This document shows, in pieces, positions 1-11,240 of a stretch of DNA of 64,000 bases. A program made the translations under genes and the position numbers. Location: assembly GCA_051859245.1 (NCBI GenBank), contig JBHYGA010000005.1, forward strand, positions 904,422-968,421. The letters are read 5' to 3'. The DNA is from Gemmatimonadaceae bacterium (lineage in GTDB: Bacteria; Gemmatimonadota; Gemmatimonadetes; Gemmatimonadales; Gemmatimonadaceae). A model generated the notes under the pieces. The model ran no database searches, was not told the DNA's origin, and was given only the letters and a program-made list of their open reading frames with translations. Each line of letters begins with the position of its first letter. The first letter of the stretch is position 1.

Positions 1-2
1 CG

Positions 3-506
3 GTCAAGCGCGTGCGTGATGTCGTGAAGGTGTTTGCGCAGGTGCACAAGGCCATCCCGTCAACACTCGTCATGGTCGGTGACGGTCCGGAGCGCGTTGA
101 AGCCGAAGACGAAGCGCGTGACCTCGGCGTCTTTGGCGACATCCGATTTCTCGGCAAGATCGACTCAGTGGCGCCGCTGCTCGCGGGCGCGGATTTGTTC
201 GTGTTGCCCAGCCAAACGGAATCATTCGGCCTGAGTGCGCTCGAAGCACTCGCGGCTGGTGTGCCGGTCATCGCCAGTCGGGTGGGTGGATTGCCGGAGG
301 TTGTGCGTCACGGTGTCACCGGCTGGTTGCATCCGCTTGGGGACGTGGATGCCATGGCTCGCGATGCGATTGCGGTGTTGTCAGATAGCGCACTCTGGAA
401 TGCCACGAGTACTGCGGCGGCAGCTGATGCGCGCGCGCGTTTCTCCGAAGCCGATGTGGTCGGTCAGTACGAAGCGCTGTATCGCCGCACGCTGGGTATC
501 GCATGA
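3..506 (+). CDS. bshA: GT4 glycosyltransferase, probably N-acetyl-alpha-D-glucosaminyl L-malate synthase BshA (5' partial)
   Basis: Frame is open from the window edge. Motifs VKRVRDVVKVF, LVMVGDGPER, LPSQTESFGLSALEA and GGLPEVV are typical of BshA-type GT4 C-terminal domains. Confidence 0.7.
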   Translation, partial: VKRVRDVVKVFAQVHKAIPSTLVMVGDGPERVEAEDEARDLGVFGDIRFLGKIDSVAPLLAGADLFVLPSQTESFGLSALEALAAGVPVIASRVGGLPEVVRHGVTGWLHPLGDVDAMARDAIAVLSDSALWNATSTAAAADARARFSEADVVGQYEALYRRTLGIA

Positions 507-1318
507 CACTCTGGCAGGCGATCGTTCTTGGATTGGTGCAGGGGCTTACGGAGTTTCTGCCCGTGAGCAGCTCGGCGCATTTGTCACTTGCACCCTGGCT
601 GCTTGGTTGGAGTACACCGGGACTGGCGTTCGATGTGGGATTGCATCTCGGTTCGCTGGTCGCCGTGGCGTGGTACTTTCGCGCCGACTGGATCGCGCTC
701 TTCGGCGCGGCGATTCGCATGCTGCGCACGCGTCGTGTGAGCAGTCCGGTGGACCGTCGTGTGTTATTGCTGATGGCCGCAACCGTTCCTGCGGGCGTAG
801 GCGGGTTGTTGTTGCAGGACTATGCCGAAACCGTATTCCGGCACCCGGCGATCACCGCGACCACGTTGATCGTGCTCGGCGTTATTCTCTGGGCCGTGGA
901 CCGCGCCGTCGCGCAGTCGCGATCACTTGATGTGCTCACCGCGCGCGATGCCTGGTTGATCGGGTTGGCGCAGGTGTGTGCGCTTGTGCCTGGTGTGTCT
1001 CGATCTGGCGCGACCATGACGGCGGGGCGGGCGCTCGGACTTGATCGCGCGTCCGCGGCACGGTTCAGCTTTCTGATGAGTTTTCCGATCATTTGCGCCG
1101 CCGTGATTTTCAAGTTGCCTGACGTGCTACGAGATGGCGGTTCGATCACACCTATGGTGGTCGGGATTGCGGCCGCAGCGGTCAGCAGCTGGTTGGCGAT
1201 CACGGTGCTGCTGCGCTATGTGGTGAATAACAGTTTTGGAATTTTTGCGGTGTATCGCGTCGTGCTCGGGCTGGTGGTGTTCGCGCTGCTGGCGTGGCGC
1301 GGGCAGCCGGTGGCGTAA
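503..1318 (+). CDS. uppP: undecaprenyl-diphosphate phosphatase (BacA/UppP)
   Basis: QGLTEFLPVSSSAHL and PGVSRSGAT motifs; polytopic membrane protein. Confidence 0.95.
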   Translation: MTLWQAIVLGLVQGLTEFLPVSSSAHLSLAPWLLGWSTPGLAFDVGLHLGSLVAVAWYFRADWIALFGAAIRMLRTRRVSSPVDRRVLLLMAATVPAGVGGLLLQDYAETVFRHPAITATTLIVLGVILWAVDRAVAQSRSLDVLTARDAWLIGLAQVCALVPGVSRSGATMTAGRALGLDRASAARFSFLMSFPIICAAVIFKLPDVLRDGGSITPMVVGIAAAAVSSWLAITVLLRYVVNNSFGIFAVYRVVLGLVVFALLAWRGQPVA

Positions 1319-1322
1319 CGCG

Positions 1323-2111
1323 GTGCCTACGCTCGACGGTGTCTCGCTCAATCTTGCCCGCGCGAGCATCACGCGCTTTGTGCATGAGCATTCGGTGGCG
1401 TCAACGATGGATCTTGCGCACGAGCTGGCATCGTCCGGCGCGCCAAGCGGCACGGTGGTCGTAGCGGATGTGCAAACCGCGGGGCGCGGCCGCGGTGGCA
1501 AAGCGTGGCAATCGCGGGCTGGCGATGGGTTGTGGTGCACTGTGCTTGAGCGCGTACCGTCGGTCACTGCACTCGACGTCCTTTCGCTGCGCGTTGGTCT
1601 CGCGCTACGTGAATGTGCGCAGGTTTTTTGCGACGAACCACTCGGCATGAAGTGGCCGAATGATGTGGTGGTGCGCGACGCCACGGCAGGCGGTGCGCTG
1701 CGCAAGCTCGCGGGCGTGTTGATTGAAGCCCGCTGGCGAGACGCGCAGGTGGAGTGGGTGGCCATTGGCATGGGCATCAACATGCGCGAGACGCACGGCG
1801 GCGAGCAGGGCGGGGTGCTGGCATTTCGCGCTGCGACGCTTCGACACAATGTGCACCGTGTGGAGCTACTTGAGGCGCTGATTCCTGCCGTACGCGCGGC
1901 CGCACAGTGCGATGGTGTACTCACACCCGAAGAGCGCGCGCGTTGGACGGCGGTTGATGCGGTGGCGGGGCGTCGATGCACCTTGCCAAGTGTGGGCGTG
2001 GTTGCCGGTGTGGAAACGGACGGCGCGTTATGCGTGCTCGGCGATGACGGGGCGGTGGCCCGCCATCGATCGGGCTCGCTGATTCTGACTGAGGAGAACG
2101 CCACATGCTGA
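1323..2111 (+). CDS. birA: biotin--[acetyl-CoA-carboxylase] ligase (no N-terminal HTH)
   Basis: VASTMD, QTAGRGRGGKAW, KWPND, KLAGVLIE and GMGIN motifs. GTG start at 1323 chosen because it follows the uppP stop. Confidence 0.9.
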   Translation: MPTLDGVSLNLARASITRFVHEHSVASTMDLAHELASSGAPSGTVVVADVQTAGRGRGGKAWQSRAGDGLWCTVLERVPSVTALDVLSLRVGLALRECAQVFCDEPLGMKWPNDVVVRDATAGGALRKLAGVLIEARWRDAQVEWVAIGMGINMRETHGGEQGGVLAFRAATLRHNVHRVELLEALIPAVRAAAQCDGVLTPEERARWTAVDAVAGRRCTLPSVGVVAGVETDGALCVLGDDGAVARHRSGSLILTEENATC

Positions 2112-2896
2112 TCGTGTTCGATGTAGGTAACAGCGAGACCACCGTGGGTTTGTTTGACAAAGCGCATCTGGTGGCGCATTGGCGCATCACCACCAGCATT
2201 GAGCGAACCGCCGACGAATTCGGTTTGCTGATTGTGGGCTTGCTGAACACCGCCGGTGTTGCGCAGGAGCAAGTCTTGCACGCCGCGATTGGCTCGGTGG
2301 TGCCGCCTATTACTGGTCCGCTTTCGGCCGCATGTACGCAGTATCTTGGCGCACCGCCCGTGATTGTTGATGCGCGCGCGGCGTTGCCGATTACGGTAGC
2401 GGTGGATGAGCCGCTCACGGTAGGTGCGGATCGCCTGATCAACACCTTGGCGGCGAGTCGGTTGTACGGGCGCGATACCATCTGTGTGGATCTTGGTACG
2501 GCCACCACGTTCGACTGCATCACGTCCGACGGTGTGTTTCTTGGCGGCGTGATCATGCCTGGTGTGCGCACCTCCGCAGACACGCTCACGCGTCGCACGT
2601 CAAAACTTCCGGCAACGGAAATCGTTGCGCCACAGCGTGTGATTGGTAGGCGCACCGAGGAGTGCATTCGTGCCGGCGTGTTGTTTGGTGCCGCCGACGC
2701 GATTGATGGCATTGTGCGTCGCATCAAGCGTGAATGGCCGCGAGCCACGGAGCCGTATGTGGTGGCCACGGGTGGGCTGGCCGAGGTGCTGCAGCCGCAC
2801 TGCACCAGTTTTAATCTGGTGGCACCGTATCTCACGTTGGACGGGCTTCGTCTGGCGCACGAGATATTGGCGGGTCACGAACCGGCTGCCGAATAG
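2105..2896 (+). CDS. coaX: type III pantothenate kinase
   Basis: DVGNSET, GADRL, VDLGTATTFD, GGVIMPG and VATGG motifs. Confidence 0.95.
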   Translation: MLIVFDVGNSETTVGLFDKAHLVAHWRITTSIERTADEFGLLIVGLLNTAGVAQEQVLHAAIGSVVPPITGPLSAACTQYLGAPPVIVDARAALPITVAVDEPLTVGADRLINTLAASRLYGRDTICVDLGTATTFDCITSDGVFLGGVIMPGVRTSADTLTRRTSKLPATEIVAPQRVIGRRTEECIRAGVLFGAADAIDGIVRRIKREWPRATEPYVVATGGLAEVLQPHCTSFNLVAPYLTLDGLRLAHEILAGHEPAAE

Positions 2897-3008
2897 GCAG
2901 TTCGAGACGCCCGGTTGACAGGATCGGCTGTCAGAACGACCGGAATTATACGAGCTAAACCGTTACAGCATAGTGGTTTAGCTGATGCGTATGGGTCTTG
3001 GCGGGGGG

Positions 3009-3037
3009 TTGACGATACCACCGGCGAGGGCTAGTCT
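3009..3037 (+). promoter_or_regulatory. sigma70-type promoter of groESL
   Basis: TTGACG (3009-3014), 17-nt spacer, TAGTCT (3032-3037), just upstream of the CIRCE element. Confidence 0.7.
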
Positions 3038-3047
3038 TATGCGAGCG

Positions 3048-3074
3048 TTAGCACTCACATGAGGTGAGTGCTAA
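3048..3074 (+). promoter_or_regulatory. CIRCE element (HrcA operator)
   Basis: Exact consensus TTAGCACTC-N9(ACATGAGGT)-GAGTGCTAA upstream of groES. Confidence 0.97.
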
Positions 3075-3129
3075 CCGTTGTGCCGTCAGTGGATTTTATG
3101 TCTGACTCACCTTTCGGAGGCTTCACCCT

Positions 3130-5096
<1,967 letters not shown>

Positions 5097-5117
5097 GCGA
5101 TCACTCGCTGGTACGAA

Positions 5118-5154
5118 ACAAAGGGCGCCTCGAACGGGGCGCCCTTTGTCGTTT
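5118..5154. terminator. intrinsic terminator between groEL and the convergent carbonic anhydrase gene, probably bidirectional
   Basis: ACAAAGGGCGCCTC-GAAC-GGGGCGCCCTTTGT hairpin with A-rich and T-rich flanks. Confidence 0.8.
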
Positions 5155-5212
5155 CCGTTGACCCCTCAAAACACAAGACGAGGGCAGCATGTCCGCCCCC
5201 GCCTCCAGCGGC

Positions 5213-5887
5213 TTACGCCGGCACCGTGTCGTGATGAATCTCTGACACGTAGCTCCGCACCGGCAGGGTCTGCGCTTTCGCGACGGTCTCCGCATCCATC
5301 AACCCGGAAATCAGCGGCCGCAGCAACCCATCATGCGAATCGTATACCATGCCGTGAATGATCGGCCGCTTGCCACGCGACCACGCGCGTTGAATGATCG
5401 GCGTGCGCGCGAGCTGGAAGACCTGCTTCACCACGTTCAACTCAACGAGCCGGTCTTCGCGCGACTGGTCATCGGGCAACGCCGCGAGTTCATCTGCGTG
5501 ACGCAACTTGAGTTCACGCACCACGTGCAACCAATGATCGATGATGCCATGGCCCATCGGTCCCATCGCCGCTTTCACCCCACCGCAGCCGTAGTGACCA
5601 CTCACCGCGATATGTTTTACGTCGAGCACTTCCACCGCGTACTCAATCACTGACAGCGTGTTGAAGTCGCTCGGATGCACCTGATTGGCAATGTTGCGGT
5701 GCATGAGCACTTCGCCGGGCAGCGTGCCGGTGATGGACTCGCTTGGAATACGCGAGTCATGTCCGCCGATAAACAGAAAGTGCGGTTCCTGACGCGCCGA
5801 TCGCCGATCGAAATAGCCGGGATCGGTGGCGCGCATGGACTCGGCCCACTTGCGGTTGTTCTCGAAAAGATGGAGAAACTGCTCCAT
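5213..5887 (-). CDS. beta-class carbonic anhydrase homolog with an atypical first Zn ligand
   Basis: ENNRKWA, xDSR, HRNIAN, IEYAV, GHYGCGGV and VELNV motifs. The canonical GCSDSR reads GGHDSR. Confidence 0.88.
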   Translation of the reverse strand: MEQFLHLFENNRKWAESMRATDPGYFDRRSARQEPHFLFIGGHDSRIPSESITGTLPGEVLMHRNIANQVHPSDFNTLSVIEYAVEVLDVKHIAVSGHYGCGGVKAAMGPMGHGIIDHWLHVVRELKLRHADELAALPDDQSREDRLVELNVVKQVFQLARTPIIQRAWSRGKRPIIHGMVYDSHDGLLRPLISGLMDAETVAKAQTLPVRSYVSEIHHDTVPA

Positions 5888-5889
5888 GA

Positions 5890-7563
5890 TCAGTGTCCGG
5901 AAGAAGAGGGGCCGGTCAGCTCGGGAACGCCAACCAGTCGGTAGTCGATTTCACGCAATTGCGCCGTGGTACGGAAGTCGTGCAGAATCTCCAGCACGTC
6001 GTGATCGAAGCGCTTGGTATTGCGTCCATCAATTTCGATGCGTGATCCGGGCGGCAATGCATCGAGCGTTTGCTCAATGTTTGCTTTGCTCAGGAACGTT
6101 GCCTGGTCGGGCAACCGGAAGCGCTGCAGCACGGCATCAGGCGCGCTCACGCGGCTCAGCGCCGGTTGGCGCAGATACTCTGTGAGAATGAACGACAGAC
6201 CCACAAGCATGCCCACCGCGATGCCGATCAGCAGATCGGTCAGCACGATCGCCACCACGGTCACGGCGAACGGAATGAACTGCTGCATTCCTTGCTGATA
6301 CGACTGCTTCCACAGCGCCGGCGCCGCCAGCTTCCAGCCGGTGTGCAACAGGATCGCGGCGAGCGCAGCCAGCGGGATGTAGTTGAGCATCTTCGGGATC
6401 GTGATCACCGCGATCAGCAGCAGCAGCCCGTGCAAGATTGCGGACCAGCGTGTGCGTCCACCCGCGCCAATGTTCGCGGCGGAACGCACAATCACTCCCG
6501 TAATCGGAAGCGCACCAATAAATCCGGCGAGCGTGTTGCCGATGCCCTGCGCGAGCAACTCCCGATTGGTGTCGGACTCGCGCTTGTACGGATCCAGCTT
6601 GTCGGTGGCTTCCAGGCTCAGCAGCGTTTCGAGACTCGCCACGATGGCGAGCGTTACGCCAACTCGCCACGTCTCGGGATTCGCGAGCGCCGAAAAATCA
6701 GGGAAGATGAAAAAGCTGAGCAGATCGCGCGCGGTTTCTGGCAGCGGAAGCTGCACAAGATGCTTGACGCCCAACTGCCAGTCCGGCGCAGCCGAGCCAA
6801 ACGCGAAGTTCAAGCCGATGGCGGCGAGTACGACGACGAGCGGTCCCGGGAGCAGCTTGATCTTCTTGAGCGCCGGCACGGCCGCCCAGGTGAAAAGAAT
6901 CGCCAGCGACACAAGGCAAATGAGCGCGGCGCCTGGCTGAATTGCGTCGAGTGCGTTCTGAATAGCCGTGAAACTGTTCGCGCCATCGGGCTGCAGGAAT
7001 GACTCGTCGCCCTCATAGTCGGCGTCGTAACCAACGGCGTGCGGCAACTGCTTCAGAATCAGGATCACACCGATGCCGGCCAGCATGCCCCGAATGACCG
7101 CTGATGGGAAGTAGTATCCGATGACGCCCGCACGCAGAACACTCAGCACGATTTGCAGCGCGCCGCCAATGATCACGGCGGTGAGGAACGCGGGGAACGA
7201 ACCAAGCGCCGTAATGCCAGCAAGCACGATCGCGGTGAGCCCGGCAGCCGGTCCGCTGACCATGAGATTCGAGCTCGATAGCACGCCCACCAGCACACCG
7301 CCGATCACGCCAGACAGCAAGCCCGATGACAACGGTGCACCCGACGCGAGCGCAATGCCCAGGCACAGTGGCAGCGCCACAAGCAGCACAACGATGGAGG
7401 CCGGGACATCCTGCTTCCAGCTTTCGGAGAAGGGCGGCGTCGAGTGATCCACAGCGGGAGCACCCTTGCCAGCGTCACCGTTATTGGACGACGGCCCACC
7501 GTCCGGCGCGCCAGCGACTCGGCGTCGGCGCGGGGGAACGTTCACGGCACTCGTATCGATCAT
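5890..7563 (-). CDS. SulP/SLC26 family anion (bicarbonate/sulfate) transporter with a short STAS-like C-terminus
   Basis: VALPLCLGIALASG, VSGPAAGL, ASLETLL, NRELLAQGIGN and PITGVIVRS motifs. Confidence 0.92.
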   Translation of the reverse strand: MIDTSAVNVPPRRRRVAGAPDGGPSSNNGDAGKGAPAVDHSTPPFSESWKQDVPASIVVLLVALPLCLGIALASGAPLSSGLLSGVIGGVLVGVLSSSNLMVSGPAAGLTAIVLAGITALGSFPAFLTAVIIGGALQIVLSVLRAGVIGYYFPSAVIRGMLAGIGVILILKQLPHAVGYDADYEGDESFLQPDGANSFTAIQNALDAIQPGAALICLVSLAILFTWAAVPALKKIKLLPGPLVVVLAAIGLNFAFGSAAPDWQLGVKHLVQLPLPETARDLLSFFIFPDFSALANPETWRVGVTLAIVASLETLLSLEATDKLDPYKRESDTNRELLAQGIGNTLAGFIGALPITGVIVRSAANIGAGGRTRWSAILHGLLLLIAVITIPKMLNYIPLAALAAILLHTGWKLAAPALWKQSYQQGMQQFIPFAVTVVAIVLTDLLIGIAVGMLVGLSFILTEYLRQPALSRVSAPDAVLQRFRLPDQATFLSKANIEQTLDALPPGSRIEIDGRNTKRFDHDVLEILHDFRTTAQLREIDYRLVGVPELTGPSSSGH

Positions 7564-7649
7564 TCAGTTCACTCCAGACGGAAAGCAGAGAAGGGCAACC
7601 GGGAAATTTACTCACCGTCGGGGTGCCCCGTCTATGAGGAACGTCCGAT

Positions 7650-8477
7650 TCAGAGTGATAGCTCCAGCTGCGGTGCTCGCACCGCGAGAATGCCCTGTCC
7701 GGAGACGGGACCAAGTGGTACTCGCTGCGATGCCGCGACCACACGCGATGCCAGCGCGGCTGCGACACGGCCACGCGCCGCAAGCGCACAACCCACCGTG
7801 TGTACGGCTTGCTCCGGTGAATTGTTGGTTTCACTTAAGTGTGCAAGCACGATCGCCCGCAATCCCTTGTGTGCGCACGACGCGATGAATGCGGCCGCCT
7901 GCGCGTTGCTCAAGTGCCCCGTATTACTACGTATGCGTTGCTTCAGCAACCAGGGATACGGTCCCGCCATGAGCTGATCGAGATCGTGATTGGCCTCGAC
8001 CACCAACAAATCCAATCGTTCGAAGGCAGACGGGAGCGAGTCGGGGACATGCCCGAGGTCGAGAGCAATGCCTAGTCGTTCGCCGGAAGCCTGTTGTTCG
8101 AACACAAACGCCGCGCAATCGCTCGCATCGTGCGGCACCGCGTACGACGTCCCGACAACATCCCCCACCGACCACGGGCTCCCGTGCGCGATGGCGCGCA
8201 CCGGTACGATGGGAGTTGGTAGCTGCGCCAGCGTTGACGACGTGGCAAACAGCGGCCACCCCCAACGAGCGCACGCAGCGAGCGCACCATGCGCATGGTC
8301 TACGTGTTCGTGTGTGAGCACAAGGGCGCTAATCGATTCCGGTGCACAGCCTAAGAGCGAAAGTCGCTGCGCGATGGTGCGTACACCAAAGCCGGCGTCC
8401 ACCAGAATTCGGGTACCACCCGCGTCGACAAGCATCGCGTTGCCGCGGCTGCCGGTGCCCAGAACGCTTACGCGCAC
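7650..8477 (-). CDS. MBL-fold metallo-hydrolase (YycJ/WalJ-like)
   Basis: LGTGSRGN, LVDAG, THEHVDH, VPHDA, EANHD, GHLSN and LAHLS motifs. Start placed at GTG 8477. Confidence 0.88.
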   Translation of the reverse strand: MRVSVLGTGSRGNAMLVDAGGTRILVDAGFGVRTIAQRLSLLGCAPESISALVLTHEHVDHAHGALAACARWGWPLFATSSTLAQLPTPIVPVRAIAHGSPWSVGDVVGTSYAVPHDASDCAAFVFEQQASGERLGIALDLGHVPDSLPSAFERLDLLVVEANHDLDQLMAGPYPWLLKQRIRSNTGHLSNAQAAAFIASCAHKGLRAIVLAHLSETNNSPEQAVHTVGCALAARGRVAAALASRVVAASQRVPLGPVSGQGILAVRAPQLELSL

Positions 8478-8515
8478 GGTGCGGCAACTCTTCGGTGCGG
8501 TGCTCGCACCTGCTG

Positions 8516-9769
8516 CTACTCCGCCTTCCAGCTGCGCGCGTACGCATCGCGCAAATGCTGCTGCATGCCCTCGCTTAGCGTCACGCCACGTCGCTGCACG
8601 ACACGCGTGGCCGTTTCCAGAAATTTGTCGAGCGCGTACAAGTCGTACGGTGTACCACTGCCGAAGGCAAACGGCGCGACCACCTTGGGAGGCATGCGAT
8701 CCACCACATTCGCGCCGGCGCCAACCACGCAACCCGTGGTGAGACGCAGTCCAATCCCGGTCTTCACATGATCGCCAAACATCGTGCCGAGAAACTGCAG
8801 GCCGGTGTCGCGCAACCCATCGGGAGTCCAGAGCGCAACAGGACCGTAAGTGTTCTTAAGATTGCTGGTTGTTGTGCCCGCGCCGAGATTCACCCAGCGT
8901 CCAAGTACGGAGTGGCCAACAAATCCATCGTGCCCCTTATTGGCGTGGCCAATGAACACGGTGGTGCTCACCTCGCCGTTCACTTTGCACTGTTCACCGA
9001 ACGCGCTGTTGGCCACCCGTCCGCCGCTGATCGTGGTGTCTGCACCCACATAACACGGCCCCACGAGTCGCGTAAACGCCTGAACAGCGGCGCCCTCGCA
9101 CAACATGATCGGTCCGGCCGCCGTGTCGAACACCACCTGCGGTTCAATGCGCGCGCGTTCGTGCCGATACACCGCATGTTCGCCGAGCACGGTGAACGCA
9201 CCCAGTTCGCGGTGCGCGTTGCGGACCGTGTGTAGCCCGGTTTCGAGCGTGTGATACTGCGCCGTGATTTGTAGCGCGAGAATGTCAGCCGAGAGCAACA
9301 CGCCGAGCGCGCGCGAGACGTCCCACAACTCGTCGCACCACATGCCGTCGAGCGCGGTGAGCGCCGCGTTGTTACCGTGGTGTTCACGGGCCAGCACGTC
9401 GAGCGTGAGCGTACCGTCAGCAAAACGTGACGCGTGCTCATCGCGCGCAAGTCGTACGGCGGCGACGCGCTCGGCGCACGCGAAAATCGATCCGTACTCG
9501 AGCGGCGTGCCGAGCGACACCGCACACCGGCTGTTCACGATCAGTGTGCCCGCCGGAATGTTCTCCGTGACCGCGCGCGGACTCGTGAACTCCTGAAAGT
9601 GCGTATGCCGGTCGCCACTCAAAAACCCCGTCGCGTTGGCGCCTGAGATCGTTTGCCACCGTTCGCGCACGAGCAACGCGCCAACGCGCATTTCGCTGAA
9701 CGGGCGCGTGTGCGCAAACGGCTCGAACGTGCGCGCTCGCGCGTCGTCGTAACAGACGATCGCGCTCAC
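8516..9769 (-). CDS. putative sugar nucleotidyltransferase / GlmU-like protein with a left-handed beta-helix
   Basis: PFAHTRPFSEMRVG N-terminus; NKGHDGFVGHSVLGRWVNLGAGTTTSNLKNTY hexapeptide region. Confidence 0.8.
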   Translation of the reverse strand: MSAIVCYDDARARTFEPFAHTRPFSEMRVGALLVRERWQTISGANATGFLSGDRHTHFQEFTSPRAVTENIPAGTLIVNSRCAVSLGTPLEYGSIFACAERVAAVRLARDEHASRFADGTLTLDVLAREHHGNNAALTALDGMWCDELWDVSRALGVLLSADILALQITAQYHTLETGLHTVRNAHRELGAFTVLGEHAVYRHERARIEPQVVFDTAAGPIMLCEGAAVQAFTRLVGPCYVGADTTISGGRVANSAFGEQCKVNGEVSTTVFIGHANKGHDGFVGHSVLGRWVNLGAGTTTSNLKNTYGPVALWTPDGLRDTGLQFLGTMFGDHVKTGIGLRLTTGCVVGAGANVVDRMPPKVVAPFAFGSGTPYDLYALDKFLETATRVVQRRGVTLSEGMQQHLRDAYARSWKAE

Positions 9770-10797
9770 GGCGTGGCCAGATCGGGCGGCAGGGAATCGA
9801 GCAGCGACTTGAGATCGGCGGCCTTGTCCCGCGTGGTCACGAGCACCACGCTGTCACGCACAACCACCACCAGATCATCCACGCCGTACAACACCACCGG
9901 CGCCCCTTCGGTATGCACCACGTTGCCGTGGCTCTGCAGCGCGTGCAGTCGGCCGGACGCGGCATTGTCATTCGCGTCACGTGTACGCACGCGGTGCAGT
10001 GCGGCCCATGTGCCCACGTCGTCCCAACCGAAAGCGCCCGGCACCACAAGCACGCGGGCGCTGCGCTCGAGTACACCCACATCGATCGCCACGCTCTGTA
10101 CCGCCGCAAAAAATGCGTCGCGGTCGTGGGCGTGCGCCGCGAGTGCCGGTGCGACTTCTGGTGTGAGCGCGCGAATCTCGTCGAGGAGATCACCAACACG
10201 CCAGGCAAAAATTCCCGAGTTCCACAAATAGCCGGCGTCCACCATTTCAGCGGCGCGTTCGCGCGTGGGCTTCTCAACAAACCGTTCCACGCGCTGCACA
10301 CGCGCGCTGACGGCCTCACCAGGTTGGATGTAGCCGAATCCTGGATCGGGTCGCGAGGGCACGATGCCAACGGTCACCAGCGCGCGTTGGTCGTACGCCA
10401 CCTGCGCCGCAAAGGTGAGCGTTTCCTGAAACGCCGGCACATCACGAATTGCCCAATCCGCATGCACGCACACCATCACGGCATCCGGACCATCGGTCTG
10501 TTCGATCACCGACGCGGCCCATGCGAGCGCGGCGCAAGTTCCGGCGGGCCGCGGCTCGGGAATTACATTCTCGCTCGGCACATCACGCGCCAGGTCACGC
10601 ACCGCCGGTGCGAGCGACGCATTCGTGAGGATCAGCGTACGCTCCGGTGGTGAGAGCGGCGCCAGTCGCGACAACGAATCCGCCAGCATGGAGTCGGACG
10701 TGATGAGCGGCAGCAACTGCTTGGGCCGCGTTGGCGTGGAGAGCGGCCAGAATCGCGAACCAACGCCGCCTGCGAGCACAACACTCCAGCGAATCAC
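9766..10797 (-). CDS. manC: mannose-1-phosphate guanylyltransferase
   Basis: LAGGVGSRFWPLS, PKQLL, GFGYI, FVEKP, WNSGIF and WDDVGTW motifs. Confidence 0.9.
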   Translation of the reverse strand: MIRWSVVLAGGVGSRFWPLSTPTRPKQLLPLITSDSMLADSLSRLAPLSPPERTLILTNASLAPAVRDLARDVPSENVIPEPRPAGTCAALAWAASVIEQTDGPDAVMVCVHADWAIRDVPAFQETLTFAAQVAYDQRALVTVGIVPSRPDPGFGYIQPGEAVSARVQRVERFVEKPTRERAAEMVDAGYLWNSGIFAWRVGDLLDEIRALTPEVAPALAAHAHDRDAFFAAVQSVAIDVGVLERSARVLVVPGAFGWDDVGTWAALHRVRTRDANDNAASGRLHALQSHGNVVHTEGAPVVLYGVDDLVVVVRDSVVLVTTRDKAADLKSLLDSLPPDLATP

Positions 10798-11210
10798 GAC
10801 AACGACTCCGCTTCGGTTGATGCGTGCAGATCATCGGTGCCGGTGAGCGCCAATGCGCGTGCGTACAAACGACGGGGACTGAATGGTTTGGTCATGAATT
10901 CGGCAACGCCAAGTGAATCCGCTTCACGATACGCGGCGTCTTGTCCGGCGGCGGTGAGAATAAGACAGGGCAACGTGAGCCAGCGCGGGTCCTGACGGAT
11001 GGTGCGCAGCACGTCAATGCCACTCATGCCGGGAAGCATGAGATCGAGAATGATCAGGCGGGTGTCGGGCTGCGCTGCGAGCGCTTCGAGTGCCGCCGCG
11101 CCCGTTTCGGCGAGCGTGACCTCGAAGGATCCCTGTTCGAGGCGCGTTTTGATGATGCGCCCAATGTGTGGCTCATCGTCTACCACGAGAACCGGCGTGG
11201 CAGTTGTCAC
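10794..11210 (-). CDS. single-domain response regulator (receiver)
   Basis: VLVVDDE, ILDLMLPGMSG, LTA and KPFSP motifs. Confidence 0.92.
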   Translation of the reverse strand: MTTATPVLVVDDEPHIGRIIKTRLEQGSFEVTLAETGAAALEALAAQPDTRLIILDLMLPGMSGIDVLRTIRQDPRWLTLPCLILTAAGQDAAYREADSLGVAEFMTKPFSPRRLYARALALTGTDDLHASTEAESLS

Positions 11211-11240
11211 TTAGCGTTCCCGGTGCGCGCGTTCGTCACG

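Noticed and set aside
8478..8732. N-terminal extension of the MBL hydrolase ORF
   Set aside because: It overlaps the GlmU-like gene in another frame; MBL motifs start at about 8477.
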